From: Candidatus Woesearchaeota archaeon
Lineage (GTDB): Archaea; Nanobdellota; Nanobdellia; Woesearchaeales; BS150m-G63
Direction of reading: 5' to 3'
Assembly (NCBI GenBank): GCA_019322735.1
Contig: JAHWIG010000001.1
Coordinates: 1-53,618, forward strand
DNA length: 53,618 nt
The stretch's first letter is position 1. Every line of letters starts with the position of its first letter. A program made the translations under genes and the position numbers. The notes under the pieces are model-generated. The model was not told where the DNA came from, made no database searches, and was given only the letters and a program-made list of their open reading frames with translations. Positions 1 to 7,962 of the stretch are shown one piece after another.

Positions 1-2
1 AT

Positions 3-2816
3 ATCGGCTTTATATTATACCGCCCAGGAACAAACACCACTTTAGCAGAATTTGATACAAGTGAAGGAAACTACAACATAACAGATGGCTCAATCCATGA
101 AAGAAATTATGATATTGAAATAAGTGCATTATCCCATACCATCTTCCTAATTAATGTTGAACTAAATGAAGAAATAGATGATATAATCGATTTATATGAA
201 ATAAGAAAAGATGATATGGAAATACCAGATTCTATTGATTTAATTGGACTTGCAATTAACTCAAGTATAACTAAACCAGTAAAAATCACAATAAATTATG
301 AATCTGAGATGGGAAGAATAACTGAAGAAGATGATATAAGGATGTTCAGATGTAGTGATTGGGATTTCACAGCAAAGAATTGTCAATCAAGTTGGGCATT
401 ATTAGGAGATTACACAGTTTATGAAACATTAGATATAATCTCTGCAAGATCAGATAGTTTCTCAGCTTATGCTGCAGGAGAATATGATGAACCAACAACT
501 GGGGAGGGTGAAGGAGAAGGTGGTGGAGGTGGTAGCGGTTCAGGAATTCCAAGAAGTTTACTAGAACAATTGACACAATCAATAATAAAAATACCTGGCC
601 TAGAAACAGATACAAGAGAAATAAGAGAATCATTATCGCCAGGAGAAAGCAAATTGGTAACAATTAAGCTAAAGAATACACTAAACCAAGAACAAAAATT
701 AAATTTAACATTATCAAGAAATTTGATGAAATTCATACAATTCAATCATGAAGTAACCCTAGAATCAAACAAAGAAGAAACAATTAATTTGAACATATTC
801 ATTCCAGAAGATACAATTTTAGATATATATACTGGAATGTTAAGAATCAACAACGGAGCAGAACTGACTATTCCAGTAATCCTTGACATAAAGAAAAAAC
901 CATTATTAGAACAACCAACACAATTACTTGAGATTAAAATAGAACCATTGAGAAGAAGTATTGGGCCAGGAGAAATCCTTGAATTCCAAGTAATCCTAAA
1001 TAACTTCAACCCAGAAGTCTCATTTAATGTATCAATATTCTTTGAGTTGGTTAATCCAAAAACCAATAATATAATCATAAGGCGGGAAGAGGTATTGACA
1101 TTACACAACATCCTCAACATAATGAGGAAGATACCAATACCTGCTGAATTAAGAAGGGGAGATTACATAATAAAGGCAACAACACATTATCAGAGCGGAA
1201 ATCAACAGGCAACAACATTTGCAATAGCACATATAAGGGTAAGCAAGCCGTTCATGGAAATAATGGTCTTTGGCATATACCTATGGCAGATACTGGCAGG
1301 AATAATTGTAAGTGGACTTTTCATAACCGGGGGAGTAACCTACAGAAAGAGAGCAAGAGCCAGAAAGCGCTATAAATCACTGGTAAATTTCAAATACTTG
1401 CCTAAGAGAACAGACCGCTCAATAAATCTTGGCAGAATAGCAGAAACAAGAAAAGATGCCTACCTTGATATGGATCAGCTAAAGATGCACACACTGATAG
1501 CAGGAGCTACAGGATCAGGAAAGACAATTGCAGCACAGGTAATCGCAGAAGAAGCATTAAACAAAAATGCAGCTGTTATAGTATTTGATCCAACTGCTCA
1601 ATGGTCTGGATTCCTAAGGAAATGCACAGATGAAGAGATGCTAAACCAATATTCAAAATACGGCATGAAAAAATCACAATCTAAATCATTCAAGGGAAAT
1701 ATCTACACAATAACAGATCCAAAAGAGATTATAAACATAAAAGAGATAATGAATCCTGGACAGATAACAATCTTCTCAATGCACAAATTACATACATCAA
1801 GCATTGATACAGTTGTTGCCTCAACAATACAGCAGATATTTGACGCAAACTTAGAAGAATCAAGACCATTAAAATTAATCCTGGTATATGATGAGGTACA
1901 CAGATTATTGACCAAATTCGGTGGAACAGGGCAAGGTATATTGCAACTAGAAAGGGCATGCAGAGAATTCAGGAAATGGGGCATTGGTTTAGTATTAATC
2001 TCACAGATGCTTGGAGATTTCGTGGAGAATATACATGCAAACATTGCTACAGAGATTCAGATGAAGACAAAACATCTTGGAGATCTTGAGAGAATAAAGA
2101 AGAAAGGTGGAAAGAATATAATTAGCATATTAAATGAAGCAGCAATAGGTATTGGTATGCTAATAAACTCGCAGTACAATAGGGGTCTTCCTTACTTCAT
2201 CTCATTCAGACCAATCCTTCATAATACAGCAAGATTATCTGACCAAGAACTGGAATTATACCACAATTACAACAAAGAGATAGATAATATCAAATACCAA
2301 ATAGAACAATTGAAAGAATTAAAGCAGGATATCTTTGACATTGAATTAGAATTAAAACTAGCATTAGACAAGATGCAGCAAGGCAAATTTAAGATAACAG
2401 ATATCTACATTGAATCATTAAAACCAAAACTGGCGATTTACTGGAAAAAACTGAAAAGAAAACCAAAAGAAAGAAAATATAAGATAATCAAAGAAGAAAA
2501 CATCAAAAGAGGAATCATCACAGCAAAACAGCTACGCGAACACCACCTAAAGAAAGAAAAAGGTATGCACAAGACAATAGACAAATATATTGAGGGAGGA
2601 TATACAACAGAGCAAATAAGAGCAAGTTTATTGCGGGCAAATTATCCAATAGCAGACGTATCAAGGATATTGTCAACAAAAAGAGATAAAATAACTACAT
2701 ACATAATAGTTGCATTAAAAAAGAAAATTCCCATAAAAGCGATAAAACAACAACTACTAAAAGCAGGATTTAACGAAAAAGTAATAAATGATAAAATAAT
2801 TAAGACAAATAAGTAA
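3..2816 (+). CDS. Membrane-anchored HerA/FtsK-superfamily (DUF87-like) P-loop ATPase with large N-terminal ectodomain; 5' end cut by window edge
   Basis: The frame is open from nt 3, with no stop before the first ATG at 216. There is one hydrophobic helix (IMVFGIYLWQILAGIIVSGLFITGGV) followed by a basic stretch (RKRARARKRYK). After that come Walker A (AGATGSGKT), Walker B (LILVYDEVHRL) and RKWGIGLVLISQ, all typical of HerA/FtsK-like ATPases. Confidence 0.7.
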   Translation: MGFILYRPGTNTTLAEFDTSEGNYNITDGSIHERNYDIEISALSHTIFLINVELNEEIDDIIDLYEIRKDDMEIPDSIDLIGLAINSSITKPVKITINYESEMGRITEEDDIRMFRCSDWDFTAKNCQSSWALLGDYTVYETLDIISARSDSFSAYAAGEYDEPTTGEGEGEGGGGGSGSGIPRSLLEQLTQSIIKIPGLETDTREIRESLSPGESKLVTIKLKNTLNQEQKLNLTLSRNLMKFIQFNHEVTLESNKEETINLNIFIPEDTILDIYTGMLRINNGAELTIPVILDIKKKPLLEQPTQLLEIKIEPLRRSIGPGEILEFQVILNNFNPEVSFNVSIFFELVNPKTNNIIIRREEVLTLHNILNIMRKIPIPAELRRGDYIIKATTHYQSGNQQATTFAIAHIRVSKPFMEIMVFGIYLWQILAGIIVSGLFITGGVTYRKRARARKRYKSLVNFKYLPKRTDRSINLGRIAETRKDAYLDMDQLKMHTLIAGATGSGKTIAAQVIAEEALNKNAAVIVFDPTAQWSGFLRKCTDEEMLNQYSKYGMKKSQSKSFKGNIYTITDPKEIINIKEIMNPGQITIFSMHKLHTSSIDTVVASTIQQIFDANLEESRPLKLILVYDEVHRLLTKFGGTGQGILQLERACREFRKWGIGLVLISQMLGDFVENIHANIATEIQMKTKHLGDLERIKKKGGKNIISILNEAAIGIGMLINSQYNRGLPYFISFRPILHNTARLSDQELELYHNYNKEIDNIKYQIEQLKELKQDIFDIELELKLALDKMQQGKFKITDIYIESLKPKLAIYWKKLKRKPKERKYKIIKEENIKRGIITAKQLREHHLKKEKGMHKTIDKYIEGGYTTEQIRASLLRANYPIADVSRILSTKRDKITTYIIVALKKKIPIKAIKQQLLKAGFNEKVINDKIIKTNK

Positions 2817-2817
2817 G

Positions 2818-3867
2818 ATGTTTTGGAAAAAAGAGGTGAAAAAGGAAAATCCAGACTTAGCTGAATCTCTATTGCCTTCTTTAGATAGATTCACAGCAAA
2901 GATAGACAAGATCAATGCAACAGTAGACTTCTTAATGGAAAGCAAAAAAGTAGATATAGAGAAATTCACCAGGATAAATGAAACAATAGGAGAGCTAAGG
3001 GGTGTAATAGCAGAAAGAGAAAAACAAGTTCAAGAGTTAGAAGCAGAAGCGACAAAAGCATCTGAACTTGTTAAAGCTGTCCAGCCAGAAAAGCTCCTTT
3101 TAAAAGTAGAAAAAGAGGATATAAAAATAGAAACAGTCAAGGCAAAGGTAGAAAATCAGGAAAAAATATCCAAAGAAATAATTAAAGATATAAAAGAGAT
3201 AAATGTGCTAATAAAATCATTCAAAGGGACAGAGCAAGTAGTCAAATTAAATCAAGAGGTGAAAGAAGATATCATCATAGCAAAAAAAGTACTGGCAAAT
3301 GTAGATATCAATGCTTCAAAAGTTGAGAAATTATTTGTAGACTTCAATAAAGAATACCTTGAACTAAAAAGTGTGAAAGGAGAGGCAGAAAAGATAAAAA
3401 TCCTCTTTATAACTCTAAAAAAAGAACTAGATACAATAAAGATAAATATCTCTGGGCTTGGTAAAATACAGGACATAATGAACATGGAAAAGATAAAAAT
3501 GCAACAGAAAAGTGATGTGGCAAGAATAATATCAGAAAAGGATGAATTGAAAAAAATGGTTGGAGAAGTTAAAGGGACATTAGAAGAATCAAGAAAAATT
3601 GAAAAAACCACAAAATCAAACAAAGAACGAATTGAGCGTCTGGCAAAAGAATCCCAGCAACGCCACATAATCTTCCAAGATTTATTTCTTCAATTCCAAA
3701 AAGAGTATGAAGAAATGAAGAAAAAAGAAACACAAAAAGAAATAGACTTAACAAATCTAAAAGAGTATATCAGAGAAAGCTTAATAAATAAAGTAAGAAA
3801 ATCAGAGATACGAAGAGAACTATTAACGAGGGGTTGGCCACACGACGTTATTAAAGAGTATCTATAG
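2818..3867 (+). CDS. Coiled-coil protein with short C-terminal helical motif (SEIRRELLTRGWPHDVIKEYL)
   Basis: 349-aa ORF. Its ATG lies 1 nt after the upstream TAA (taagATG), so the two genes are translationally coupled. The sequence is K/E/I-rich with heptad-like periodicity throughout. I recognise no enzymatic motif. Confidence 0.6.
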   Translation: MFWKKEVKKENPDLAESLLPSLDRFTAKIDKINATVDFLMESKKVDIEKFTRINETIGELRGVIAEREKQVQELEAEATKASELVKAVQPEKLLLKVEKEDIKIETVKAKVENQEKISKEIIKDIKEINVLIKSFKGTEQVVKLNQEVKEDIIIAKKVLANVDINASKVEKLFVDFNKEYLELKSVKGEAEKIKILFITLKKELDTIKINISGLGKIQDIMNMEKIKMQQKSDVARIISEKDELKKMVGEVKGTLEESRKIEKTTKSNKERIERLAKESQQRHIIFQDLFLQFQKEYEEMKKKETQKEIDLTNLKEYIRESLINKVRKSEIRRELLTRGWPHDVIKEYL

Positions 3868-3902
3868 AAGAATTTTTATACATAATAGATTTAATTGACA
3901 AA

Positions 3903-4307
3903 ATGGGCATTTCAAAAAAACATAAGAATAGAGTAATACAGCATAAGATACCCCGGTCAAAATTAAGCTTTGGCCAGAAATCTGCTGACTTTCTTTCTCA
4001 ATGGGGCGGTTCATGGCCATTCATTGGTACTTTAACATTATTATTGGTTACCTGGATGGGAATGAATACCTATCTTGTCATCTTTAAAAGCTGGGATCCC
4101 TATCCATTTATCCTATTAAACTTATTCTTATCCTGTTTAGCTACATTCCAAGCACCAGTAATCTTAATGAGCCAAAACAGATCTGCTGAAAGAGATAGAA
4201 TAAGGGCAGAATATGATTATCTTATTAACAGAAAAGCAGAAAGAGAAATAGAAGACATCCAAAAAGACCTTGAAGAAATAAAAAAACTCATTATAAAAAA
4301 AGGGTAG
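3903..4307 (+). CDS. DUF1003-family small membrane protein
   Basis: 134 aa with two hydrophobic helices. The motif WDPYPFILLNLFLSCLATFQAPVILMSQNR followed by a charged coiled tail matches my recollection of DUF1003. Confidence 0.6.
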   Translation: MGISKKHKNRVIQHKIPRSKLSFGQKSADFLSQWGGSWPFIGTLTLLLVTWMGMNTYLVIFKSWDPYPFILLNLFLSCLATFQAPVILMSQNRSAERDRIRAEYDYLINRKAEREIEDIQKDLEEIKKLIIKKG

Positions 4308-4312
4308 AAACC

Positions 4313-4321
4313 TTTTTAAAT
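4313..4321 (+). promoter_or_regulatory. TATA-box-like element for tRNA-Cys
   Basis: TTTTTAAAT ends 25 nt upstream of the tRNA 5' end at 4346, which is normal archaeal promoter spacing. Confidence 0.45.
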
Positions 4322-4345
4322 CCACTAATTCTTTAGAAATCCAGC

Positions 4346-4463
4346 GGGAGGATAGCCAAGTGGTCTAAGGCGATCGGTTGCAAAATTGGTATTATGACTG
4401 CTTTTTAGTGGAATAATATATGTAGATACCGATTATTCGGGGGTTCAAATCCCTCTCCTCCCT
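4346..4463 (+). tRNA. tRNA-Cys (GCA) with 44-nt intron at canonical 37/38 position (intron about 4384..4427)
   Basis: Folded by hand. Acceptor GGGAGGA/TCCTCCC, D arm GCCA..AGGC, anticodon stem ATCGG/CCGAT, loop TTGCAA|A, T arm GGGGG-TTCAAAT-CCCTC, and discriminator U73 (a Cys identity element). CCA is not encoded. A relaxed BHB is possible (central helix UUGC/GUAG, bulges AAA and AUA). Confidence 0.85.
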
Positions 4464-4504
4464 CTTTATTTTATTTCTAGAACTAATTATTTTAAATGAA
4501 AAGA

Positions 4505-5614
4505 TTATGGAAGTCCTTCAACCCACATATCTTCTGTAGAGTGGGATATAATAACTCCATCATAATCATTAATAGAATCCTGAATGGTATTGCCCTCACC
4601 TTCATTAAACCCATAAGTTAATATTTCATTAGTATAACTTCTTAATCTTACTTGTTCTATAATTCCAACAAATCCTTCTTCAATAGTATTTGTTGATGCA
4701 CTGAGTGTTGAAGAACGACTTCCAATATAAATATCTTCATTATCAAAATCTATTGTACCTGCTATATTTGACCAAGTTTCCATATCTGTTTGTTGACTTT
4801 CCCAATCAGTAATAGTAAGAATCATATCATCTCCAGTATATTCCCATTTCACAAAATAAACTACATCATCTTGTATACTAAAAACAGAATCATACCATAT
4901 TCCACGCCACCAAGAAAGTGTATTATCTGACCGTTTAATGGCTGTTTCAAAAGACCCTTCTGAATTCCAACTCCAAGAGGAAAGAGAAACTATTCGTGGG
5001 TAACCCATAGAAGTGGAGAAATTTCCTGTCTTTTTTATGAAATAAGTAAGTATAAACGGGTCTCCAGAGGGGTGCTGGATTTTATTAGATAGAACTGAAT
5101 GCACCATATTGGATCCATCAAATAATAATGCAAAATTATTACTACAACTTCCATCATCTACTATCGCCAACTCATCATAATTTGAAGCGCCTTCATCAGT
5201 ACATCCACAAGCTTCTGGAAAACTAGTACATAAAGTTGATATTTGAATAGAACTGGCCAAATTTTCTTGACAACTTGTTAATTCATTTTTAGTTGTTTGC
5301 CAGGCATCTGCACAATCGGTTAAATAACCATTGATTTCAGTTAATTCGGATGAACACACCGTTAACTCAGTATTAGTTTCTGACCAAGCATTTGCACAAT
5401 CTGTTAAATAACCATTACAGGTTGTTAAATCATTATTACATGTTTCAAATTTAGAAAAACAATCCACATTTCTTTCATTTTTAAGAAGTGTAGCCTGTCC
5501 AGATAATTCACCCCCCCCTATTTTTACAATTCCAGAATTGAATAAAACAAATAAACCAACTATAGACACAATTGCAATAATTCCGTATGAAAACTCTTTT
5601 TCTATCTTAATCAC
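4505..5614 (-). CDS. Secreted/anchored protein: conserved IKIEKEFSYG leader-anchor, Cys-rich repeats, LamG/concanavalin-like C-terminal region
   Basis: The ORF runs to an ATG at 5668, but I prefer the conserved GTG at 5614 inside AGGTGATTAAG, by analogy with the paralogous leaders at 15858 and 40892. There is an internal repeat NGYLTDCA[ND]AW..T..ELT.C and a motif CGCTDEGASNYDELAIVDDGSC. The LamG assignment is a weak impression only. Confidence 0.6.
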   Translation of the reverse strand: MIKIEKEFSYGIIAIVSIVGLFVLFNSGIVKIGGGELSGQATLLKNERNVDCFSKFETCNNDLTTCNGYLTDCANAWSETNTELTVCSSELTEINGYLTDCADAWQTTKNELTSCQENLASSIQISTLCTSFPEACGCTDEGASNYDELAIVDDGSCSNNFALLFDGSNMVHSVLSNKIQHPSGDPFILTYFIKKTGNFSTSMGYPRIVSLSSWSWNSEGSFETAIKRSDNTLSWWRGIWYDSVFSIQDDVVYFVKWEYTGDDMILTITDWESQQTDMETWSNIAGTIDFDNEDIYIGSRSSTLSASTNTIEEGFVGIIEQVRLRSYTNEILTYGFNEGEGNTIQDSINDYDGVIISHSTEDMWVEGLP

Positions 5615-5616
5615 CT
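5547..5616 (-). repeat. Conserved 5' leader module copy A (AGGTGATTAAGATAGAAAAAGAG...)
   Basis: The first 23 nt are identical to the copies at 15860 and 40890, and roughly 85% identity continues through the hydrophobic anchor. Confidence 0.8.
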
Positions 5617-5667
5617 TTTTTATTAATTTATTATTCTCACTTATAAATATCTTTCGTTTTAATAACA

Positions 5668-5675
5668 TTTAAATA
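5668..5675 (+). promoter_or_regulatory. TATA-box-like element for cysS (leaderless spacing)
   Basis: TTTAAATA ends 24 nt before the cysS ATG at 5699. Confidence 0.4.
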
Positions 5676-5698
5676 TTCAAAAACTTCTTCAAGAATAT

Positions 5699-7042
5699 AT
5701 GATAAAGACATTCAACACATTAACAAAAAAAAAGGAAGATATAAAAAAGAAAAAACTAAATCTATTTGTTTGCGGCCCAACAGTTTATGATTATTCTCAC
5801 ATAGGTCATGCTAAAACATATACACAGTTTGATTTTATAGTAAAATATCTCAGATACAGGAAATATGATGTTTTCTACTTGCAAAATATAACAGATATAG
5901 ATGACAAGATAATAAAGAGGGCAAAAGAACAAAAAACCACACCAAAATTACTAGCAAAGAAATTTGAAAACATATACTATGAAGATATGAAATCATTACA
6001 TAACAATGCTGTAACCAAATATGCGAGAGCAACAGATTATATTCCTCAAATAATTTCTCAAATTAAAACGTTAATCAAAAAAGATTATGCATACAAACTA
6101 AAAGATGGATATTACTTCAATATAAAAAAATTCAAAGATTATGGAAAATTATCAGGAAGGACTGTTTTAGAAGCAGAAGACGCAGTAACAAGGATAGACA
6201 ATAACATCAACAAGAAAAACAAAGGAGATTTCTGTCTATGGAGATTATCAAACAATAGACCATATTGGGAGACTGAACTTGGTAATGGAAGACCAGGATG
6301 GCATATTGAGGATACTGCAATAACAGAAAAACAATTTGGCCCACAGTATGACATACATGGGGGTGCATTAGATTTGATCTTTCCGCATCATGAAGCAGAA
6401 ATAGCTCAAATGGAATCCTCATCAGGAAAAAAACCATTTGTCAAATACTGGCTACATACAGGATTCCTGAACATAAAAGGGAAAAAGATGGCAAAATCAG
6501 TAGGAAACTTCCTAACTATCAGACAAGCCTTAGAAAAATATGATTATAAAGTATTAAGATACTTATTTCTAAGCAATCATTACAAAACTCCATTAGATTT
6601 CACAGAAGATATGCTTGAACAAAGTAAAAACTCATTGGAAAGAATAAATGAACTTGCACTAAAATCAAAAGGAAAACCAAGAAGATTGAATCAAGGATAT
6701 ATAGATGGAACAAAAGCAGATTTCATTTCTCATTTAGATAATGATTTCAATACACCAAGAGCATTCTCAGTACTATTTGAGTTCATAAGGGAAGCAAACA
6801 CTAAAGAAGCAGGAAATGAAGCTTTCATATTTCTCAAAGAAATAGACAAAATCTTTGACATTCTTACATTAACACAAGACAAAAATATAAGCAAAGAGAT
6901 AAAAGAATTGATAAAAAAAAGAGAAAAAGCAAGAAAAGAAAAAAACTTTGATTTATCAGATAATATCAGATCAGATTTAAAGAAAAAAGGAATCATATTG
7001 GAAGATACAGAAAAAGGAGTCAGATGGAAAAAAGTTAATTAG
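5699..7042 (+). CDS. cysS: Cysteinyl-tRNA synthetase
   Basis: Class I signatures are present: HIGH variant (YSHIGHAKTY), KMSKS variant (KMAKSVGN) and WHIEDTAI. Length 447 aa. Confidence 0.93.
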   Translation: MIKTFNTLTKKKEDIKKKKLNLFVCGPTVYDYSHIGHAKTYTQFDFIVKYLRYRKYDVFYLQNITDIDDKIIKRAKEQKTTPKLLAKKFENIYYEDMKSLHNNAVTKYARATDYIPQIISQIKTLIKKDYAYKLKDGYYFNIKKFKDYGKLSGRTVLEAEDAVTRIDNNINKKNKGDFCLWRLSNNRPYWETELGNGRPGWHIEDTAITEKQFGPQYDIHGGALDLIFPHHEAEIAQMESSSGKKPFVKYWLHTGFLNIKGKKMAKSVGNFLTIRQALEKYDYKVLRYLFLSNHYKTPLDFTEDMLEQSKNSLERINELALKSKGKPRRLNQGYIDGTKADFISHLDNDFNTPRAFSVLFEFIREANTKEAGNEAFIFLKEIDKIFDILTLTQDKNISKEIKELIKKREKARKEKNFDLSDNIRSDLKKKGIILEDTEKGVRWKKVN

Positions 7043-7257
7043 TTGTATTCCAACTTATTTTTAGATTCATCCAATAAATCATAAGCCTTATTCTCAACTT
7101 TAAAAATAACCATTTTTTCCATCATTCCACCATAATCCATCTCTTTCAATATCTTAACATCTTCAGCAACTTCACCAAGATTCTTCTTACATCTAGTGAT
7201 TAATATATCTGCTTCTTTAAATAAATCATCAAGTGATTTATTCTCTAATATGTTCAT
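7039..7257 (-). CDS. Small hypothetical protein (about 72 aa)
   Basis: The ORF extends to 7308. I prefer the internal ATG at 7257 (MNILENKSLDD...) because it minimises overlap with the upstream gene. There are no recognisable motifs. Confidence 0.4.
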   Translation of the reverse strand: MNILENKSLDDLFKEADILITRCKKNLGEVAEDVKILKEMDYGGMMEKMVIFKVENKAYDLLDESKNKLEYN

Positions 7258-7909
7258 TTTCCCATTCATGATTAAATGGCTCAAATACGTTAAGAGAACC
7301 TGCACCATACTCCCAATTATTTATTTTTTTCTGAGTTGCAAGATCAAGATCCTGTATATATATAGTATCTCCTGGTAATGCAGAATCCATTGTAACCTCT
7401 TTAAAAGGTGCAAGTGATTTAATATCCTTATCTGTCTCTTTAGCAGAAATCAGATACTTAACTTCATCCAATGTCTTAACAAAATCACCCAAATTAGAAT
7501 CATAAACACTAAATTCCTTTAAATCTCCTTTAATTAGATTCAATTTCTTGTCTTGAATTGCAAAACGAAAAATAGTTTCTTCAAGTCCTTCTTCATTATT
7601 CCAACCATAATGATCTTTTAATTTATTTACTTCATCAAATGCTTTTTGACTCACAAGATATTTAACAGGAGGCAAACCAGAAGGTTTAATCCTCTCACTA
7701 GGTTCATAATAAACCGATTGTTCTTCTTTTTCTGGAACATTTACAGTATATTCTGATCCAATTAAAAAATCATCAATATTCTTTGGACGAGCTAACGAAC
7801 CATTTACTTCAGTTTTAACATCACCAAGAAGGTCATTTAATTGTCCTTGGATTTCTTCTCTTTCATCAAAAAAAGGTTTCCCTTTCCATCTCTTCTCCAT
7901 AGTCTCCAC
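7238..7909 (-). CDS. Hypothetical protein (223 aa)
   Basis: A long ORF with ordinary composition and no motif I recognise. Confidence 0.55.
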   Translation of the reverse strand: METMEKRWKGKPFFDEREEIQGQLNDLLGDVKTEVNGSLARPKNIDDFLIGSEYTVNVPEKEEQSVYYEPSERIKPSGLPPVKYLVSQKAFDEVNKLKDHYGWNNEEGLEETIFRFAIQDKKLNLIKGDLKEFSVYDSNLGDFVKTLDEVKYLISAKETDKDIKSLAPFKEVTMDSALPGDTIYIQDLDLATQKKINNWEYGAGSLNVFEPFNHEWENEHIRE

Positions 7910-7962
7910 CTCGGAAAATATTTAATAATATAAGGTGATATATATTTTATATATTAATCTTT

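Noticed and set aside
5615-5668. N-terminal extensions given by the ORF track here and at 27380..27448, 31929..32003 and 42735..42806.
   Set aside because: In each case a downstream start gives the conserved family N-terminus or a proper signal peptide, and the extension overlaps a neighbouring gene or promoter. For 5668 specifically the evidence is only analogy with the two paralogous GTG leaders, so that start remains uncertain.
7238-7308. Possible frameshift or pseudogene joining 7238..7909 and 7039..7308, which overlap by 71 nt in different frames.
   Set aside because: Both frames have their own plausible stop and start: TAA at 7238..7240, and internal ATGs at 7269 and 7257. Short overlaps are the rule in this window, and there is no homopolymer or slippery site at the junction. 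I treat them as two genes.
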